The notes beneath the pieces are model-generated. The model made no database searches. It saw nothing but the letters and a program-made list of their open reading frames with translations, and was not told the origin of the DNA. This document shows positions 29,258 through 32,493 of a DNA stretch of 32,493 bases, piece by piece. A program made the translations under genes and the position numbers. This stretch comes from a bacterium. GTDB lineage: Bacteria > Hydrothermota > 32-111. Numbering within the stretch: position 1 is the stretch's first letter; every line of letters starts with the position of its first letter. The DNA lies in assembly GCA_046484245.1 (NCBI GenBank), contig JAWOBN010000094.1:1-32493 (forward strand), written 5' to 3'.

Positions 29258-30226
29258 TCAATCCTCCTTATTGTATCTGTATGCAAGAAAATAATTCCTG
29301 TATTTCTTATTGCAGTGACATTTACTGATTCTATTGTGATATTCGGTTTGGTCAATAACAATTGTGCCGAGATTGAATGAAGTGACCTGAGCAGTGAAGG
29401 ATAACTTGAATCTGAGCAGTGAATCGTCAGGAGACGGTGTTGTTCCGCCCCCGAGCAGTACACTGGTGGAGCCATTTGAGAATGCATCCTCAATACCCCT
29501 GTCAACAAGCACATTGCCTGCCCCCGGATAATCCTCCCTGTTCCTGAGAACCTGAAGGTGATAGTAAGCAGGTGCATGACTGCCGGACAGGAATAATGCA
29601 CCTCCCATTATTGCCCCATTGTCCCTGAAGACAAAGAGCCTTGAAAAATCATACCGGGAGAGTTGTTCAAAATATCTCTCACTGAAGATCAGCGCTTTGT
29701 CACAGTTAATGGAATGCATGTACTCCCTGTATATTCTGCCGAATTGAATAAAATCCTCCCTCCTGTCAGTTCTGGTTACAGTGCCGCTCAATTTCCCTGC
29801 GCGCCTCAGCATATATCTGCATGAGGGGGAGTAATTGTCCCTGTAGTGGCTTGTATTATCAATATACGCAGTATTGCGTACAAATATACTGTTGACATAC
29901 TCTGTCCGGGGTTCTCTGTAGAGTGGGTTGAACCGTATAATACCTGCAATAAGCCCCATTCCCCGGCACTCTTCAATAAATAATGAGAAGAAATGCTCAC
30001 TGAACCCCTGGGAATAGTCATTACTGATATATGAACCGTATCCGTACGGTGTTTCAAAATCATCAAATTCCCTGTTGATGCGTACTATGAGCATTGCAAA
30101 ACTGCCGCCCTCCTCATGAATGAATGCCGTGGTGCCCGGATAGAGTGAGCTGTATCTGCAGCTGAACTGCGGGTCACGGATATCATACTGTTCAAGAATG
30201 TCAGACCAGTTATCCGTGGCTCTCAT
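29258..30226 (-). CDS. GNAT/FemAB-like acyltransferase-fold protein
   Basis: DFETPYGYG, IRFNPL, YYHL, LGGG...DDSLLRFKLSF are typical of polysaccharide-locus FemAB-like GNAT proteins; ATGA overlap with the upstream gene. Confidence 0.8.
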   Translation of the reverse strand: MRATDNWSDILEQYDIRDPQFSCRYSSLYPGTTAFIHEEGGSFAMLIVRINREFDDFETPYGYGSYISNDYSQGFSEHFFSLFIEECRGMGLIAGIIRFNPLYREPRTEYVNSIFVRNTAYIDNTSHYRDNYSPSCRYMLRRAGKLSGTVTRTDRREDFIQFGRIYREYMHSINCDKALIFSERYFEQLSRYDFSRLFVFRDNGAIMGGALFLSGSHAPAYYHLQVLRNREDYPGAGNVLVDRGIEDAFSNGSTSVLLGGGTTPSPDDSLLRFKLSFTAQVTSFNLGTIVIDQTEYHNRISKCHCNKKYRNYFLAYRYNKED

Positions 30227-31218
30227 AATCCGCACTCCCTCAGACCAACAATAATGCGCTTCATATCATCAATACTGTACTCCTCATCACAGGGTAAATT
30301 GAGTAAATTATCCGAGATAGGATTGCCACATCTCCACAAAACCGGGGCATATATGCCTTTTTGTTGAAGCATAAGTTTAACCTTATTCCTCTTTTCAATC
30401 ATTATGGGCATTGACTGTGGAACAGATTGGCTGGAGAGCTGCAGTGGACAGTACTGCTTCAGCTCACTGTAAAGATAATTGTAATTCCTCCGCCTGTCTG
30501 CTGCTGATTCCCTGAGAGGATAATGACTGATTATATGTGATGAAAGGGGTGAAATACCTGAAGGACTGCAGCTTATCATTCTTTCACCCTCAGTAGAATA
30601 CTTGACATAGTAATTTTCAATTTCACTGCCCCCATCAGTTTTTTCATGCATGTATCTCAGAATCTTGGCATATGTCTTTATGAAAGGGAAGATTGATGGT
30701 TTTTCACTGACACTGCATTTATCGGCACAACCTGTGAAATAGCCCCCGTCAGGCACAGGGAGTATTTTCCTGAAACTTCCCAGTTCACAGTCCCCGGCAC
30801 TATCAAAAACACTGAGAATGGAATGGGTCCTGTCAATAACAGTCCTGATATCCTTTTTATCAAGAAATTCAAGCAGTGCATTATCCCTGAAACCGAAATA
30901 ATCCGTTATATATATAATATCTGCCTGTTCTGCAAATGGTTTGATGGATTCAATATCTGCAGTAAAATCACTGCCTATATGATAGAACTCTGTCTCATGG
31001 CCTGCTTCCTTTAAAGGCTGAAGCATTGACGGGCAATAGAAATCGGGAAACAGAACGAGGGAAGGGGATTTGAGTGATTTGAACAGACAATATGAAGCAG
31101 ACCGTCCTGAATTGTACATTGCTGCATTCACGTCAGAAACAAGTAAGTCCATCAGTCCTGTACTTTCTTCAGTAATATAATTAAAATCAAGCATCCTTTC
31201 AGAACCTATAATACGCAT
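30223..31218 (-). CDS. DegT/DnrJ/EryC1/StrS-like PLP-dependent sugar aminotransferase homologue
   Basis: SGRSA, PDFYCPSM, DYFG, IDRTHS, GSFRK (putative PLP lysine), PVPDGG, RRRNY, LPCDEEY. Confidence 0.8.
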   Translation of the reverse strand: MRIIGSERMLDFNYITEESTGLMDLLVSDVNAAMYNSGRSASYCLFKSLKSPSLVLFPDFYCPSMLQPLKEAGHETEFYHIGSDFTADIESIKPFAEQADIIYITDYFGFRDNALLEFLDKKDIRTVIDRTHSILSVFDSAGDCELGSFRKILPVPDGGYFTGCADKCSVSEKPSIFPFIKTYAKILRYMHEKTDGGSEIENYYVKYSTEGERMISCSPSGISPLSSHIISHYPLRESAADRRRNYNYLYSELKQYCPLQLSSQSVPQSMPIMIEKRNKVKLMLQQKGIYAPVLWRCGNPISDNLLNLPCDEEYSIDDMKRIIVGLRECGL

Positions 31219-31224
31219 AGGATA

Positions 31225-31253
31225 ACAATAATATTTAAGTGTATTGATGTCAA
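31225..31253 (-). promoter_or_regulatory. Putative sigma70 promoter for the minus-strand sugar operon
   Basis: Minus strand TTGACA (31253-31248) - 17 bp - TATTGT (31230-31225), ending 6 nt before the ATG at 31218. Confidence 0.55.
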
Positions 31254-31272
31254 GAATAATATACCATTACAA

Positions 31273-31301
31273 TTGATAATCTTCATTGAAATAACTATAA
31301 T
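31273..31301 (+). promoter_or_regulatory. Near-consensus sigma70 promoter pointing into the structured intergenic region
   Basis: TTGATA (31273-31278) - 17 bp - TATAAT (31296-31301). Confidence 0.6.
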
Positions 31302-31420
31302 GATGCAGGCGCATAATGTATAGACGTCTTTCCTCACAAGAAAAAGTCACTGGATATAATTATTATGTAATGTCTGTTTTCTCAATAAAAGCATTGAGCA
31401 TAGCGATTGATGTAATGACG

Positions 31421-31521
31421 GTGAGGCTCACACATTCTCATCAGCACCGAATTATCGGTTATGCACGGGGTGGCAAAGGTGCTTTCTGAGAACTGACCCC
31501 GCCTCATTATTATTTATGAGG
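31421..31521. ncRNA. Unclassified structured RNA candidate (multi-stem, pseudoknotted)
   Basis: GC-rich island in an AT-rich spacer with complementary pairs tgaggc/gcctca, ttctca/tgagaa, agcacc/ggtgct, accga/tcggt, cggggt/accccg and cctcat/atgagg. Confidence 0.5.
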
Positions 31522-31567
31522 AAACATAGGTCTTTCAAGTACTTTATTTTTGAGGAATAACGATATA

Positions 31568-31595
31568 TTGACATTGCGGGCATTATCAATACAAT
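31568..31595 (+). promoter_or_regulatory. Putative sigma70 promoter of the DUF2061 gene
   Basis: TTGACA (31568-31573) - 16 bp - TACAAT (31590-31595). Confidence 0.55.
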
Positions 31596-31615
31596 GAATC
31601 ATCAAAAGGCAATAA

Positions 31616-32026
31616 ATGAACAGAAAAGCATCAATAATCAAATCCATTACACTGAGGATCATTGCGACCCTCACAACAATGCTGCTCGTCTATATATTCT
31701 CAGGCGAGATAGTGCTTGCAGGATATGTGGGGCTTGTTGAGGTGTTCACCAAACTGATACTCCATTATATATATGACAGGGCTTGGTTCAGAGTATTCAG
31801 AGTGCACGCAAGACAGGGGAGTATGGGTAAAATTGAAATAATAATCAAGACAGTGGGCTGGCGTATAATAGGAACACTGGACACACTCTTTATTGTCTAT
31901 ATCTTCAGCAGGGAAATAAGCCTTGCCGGCTCTGTTGCATTAACCGAGATTATTGCAAAGATGCTGATATACTATGTTCATGAAAGGATATGGATTATTA
32001 TTACATCCAGAAAGCAGGAGGAATAA
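31616..32026 (+). CDS. Membrane protein with two tandem DUF2061 domains
   Basis: Two copies of the K.i.wRii.T..T..........K...yY.heR.W pattern (KSITLRIIAT...YDRAW and KTVGWRIIGT...YYVHERIW). Confidence 0.85.
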   Translation: MNRKASIIKSITLRIIATLTTMLLVYIFSGEIVLAGYVGLVEVFTKLILHYIYDRAWFRVFRVHARQGSMGKIEIIIKTVGWRIIGTLDTLFIVYIFSREISLAGSVALTEIIAKMLIYYVHERIWIIITSRKQEE

Positions 32027-32033
32027 TTCCTGA

Positions 32034-32492
32034 TTACCTGACAATGACCCTTTTGGTAAGATTATTGTTGAACTGAATGAAATAGACACCGGCTTTGAGA
32101 TTGAGAACAGGTGAAAGATGCCCTCTTACCCTCTTCTCCATGACTTTCCTTCCCAGCATATCATACACAACTGCCGTCCCTTCCTCATTACTCTCTGAAT
32201 AGGGGTCTTTCTCCTCTCTGTTGATAGATGAATTGTCATTGACAACAGTTACACTGAGAACAATGTCATTTGAGGCAGATACACCTGATTTGGAGAGAAA
32301 TAGTGTGTCGGAGAAATCAGCAGTGTCTGTAATTGCGGGTATGTTCATAAAAGCTGTTCTTGTAAAATGCTGATTGGCAATACCATTATACCCTCCAGTT
32401 GACACTTCCGAACTGTCAGACCATATGCCGGACTTATAGAATGGGGAATTATTGTATCCTGTAAGATTTACACCTGAGTCGGGAATGGAGTA
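32034..32492 (-). CDS. C-terminal part of a secreted protein with a T9SS type A-like sorting domain (partial, runs off the right edge)
   Basis: Frame stays open to the window edge; ends in VYDMLGRKV...LKAGVYFIQ...TKRVIVR. Confidence 0.85.
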   Translation of the reverse strand, partial: YSIPDSGVNLTGYNNSPFYKSGIWSDSSEVSTGGYNGIANQHFTRTAFMNIPAITDTADFSDTLFLSKSGVSASNDIVLSVTVVNDNSSINREEKDPYSESNEEGTAVVYDMLGRKVMEKRVRGHLSPVLNLKAGVYFIQFNNNLTKRVIVR

Positions 32493-32493
32493 G

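Noticed and set aside
29257..29601. 115-aa N-terminal extension of the dehydratase in the ORF track
   Set aside because: Overlaps the GNAT gene in another frame; the AGGAGG RBS and the Rossmann motif position support GTG at 29256.
31487..31489. TGA of the 57-codon ORF as a selenocysteine codon
   Set aside because: No redox-motif context, and read-through adds only nine codons before another TGA.
31435..31505. SAM-I, TPP, cobalamin, T-box or fluoride riboswitch assignment
   Set aside because: Only fragments match (ttctcatc and ggtgct; ggggt...ctgaga...accc; actgaccccgc; gggtggc; gctgatga); the other invariant elements of each family are absent.

Overview
A bacterial chromosomal window using the standard code. 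Gene content (mannose-family PTS IIC/IID-HPr-EI-PGI/PMI-metK-ahcY run, T9SS-like C-terminal domain) suggests an FCB-related candidate phylum such as WOR-3/TA06; this is inference only. Bases 1-1000 hold a gene tail, a truncated secreted alpha/beta-hydrolase-like gene and a ~500-bp mosaic of different degenerate 7-/9-mer tandem repeats and REP-like palindromes. Bases 1035-26835 are one tightly packed + strand run of 29 CDS plus tRNA-Pro(CGG). It starts with a serine-recombinase homologue lacking the catalytic motifs, then uvrA, nif3-like, nfeD-like, a lipoprotein, a MalK-type ATPase, reduced PTS IIC/IID, ptsH, ptsI, pgi/pmi, a nucleotidyltransferase, metK, ahcY, glycosyltransferases, a degenerate PIN/TRAM protein, ispD, ispF, COG2426, hflX, DUF2520, coaX, tsaE, tsaB, surE, pcm and an M16-like pseudo-peptidase. 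A non-coding element with two nested pairs of long inverted repeats (26944-27412) follows. Next come a minus-strand amino-deoxysugar-type operon, a structured intergenic RNA candidate (~31420-31521) with ribozyme-like features, a tandem DUF2061 gene and the 3' end of a T9SS-CTD protein. Best novelty candidates: the apparently domesticated pseudo-recombinase in front of uvrA, the ncRNA candidate, the nested-IR element, the repeat mosaic and the MalK-IIC-IID module lacking IIA/IIB. All family assignments are from motif recognition by eye; no searches were run.
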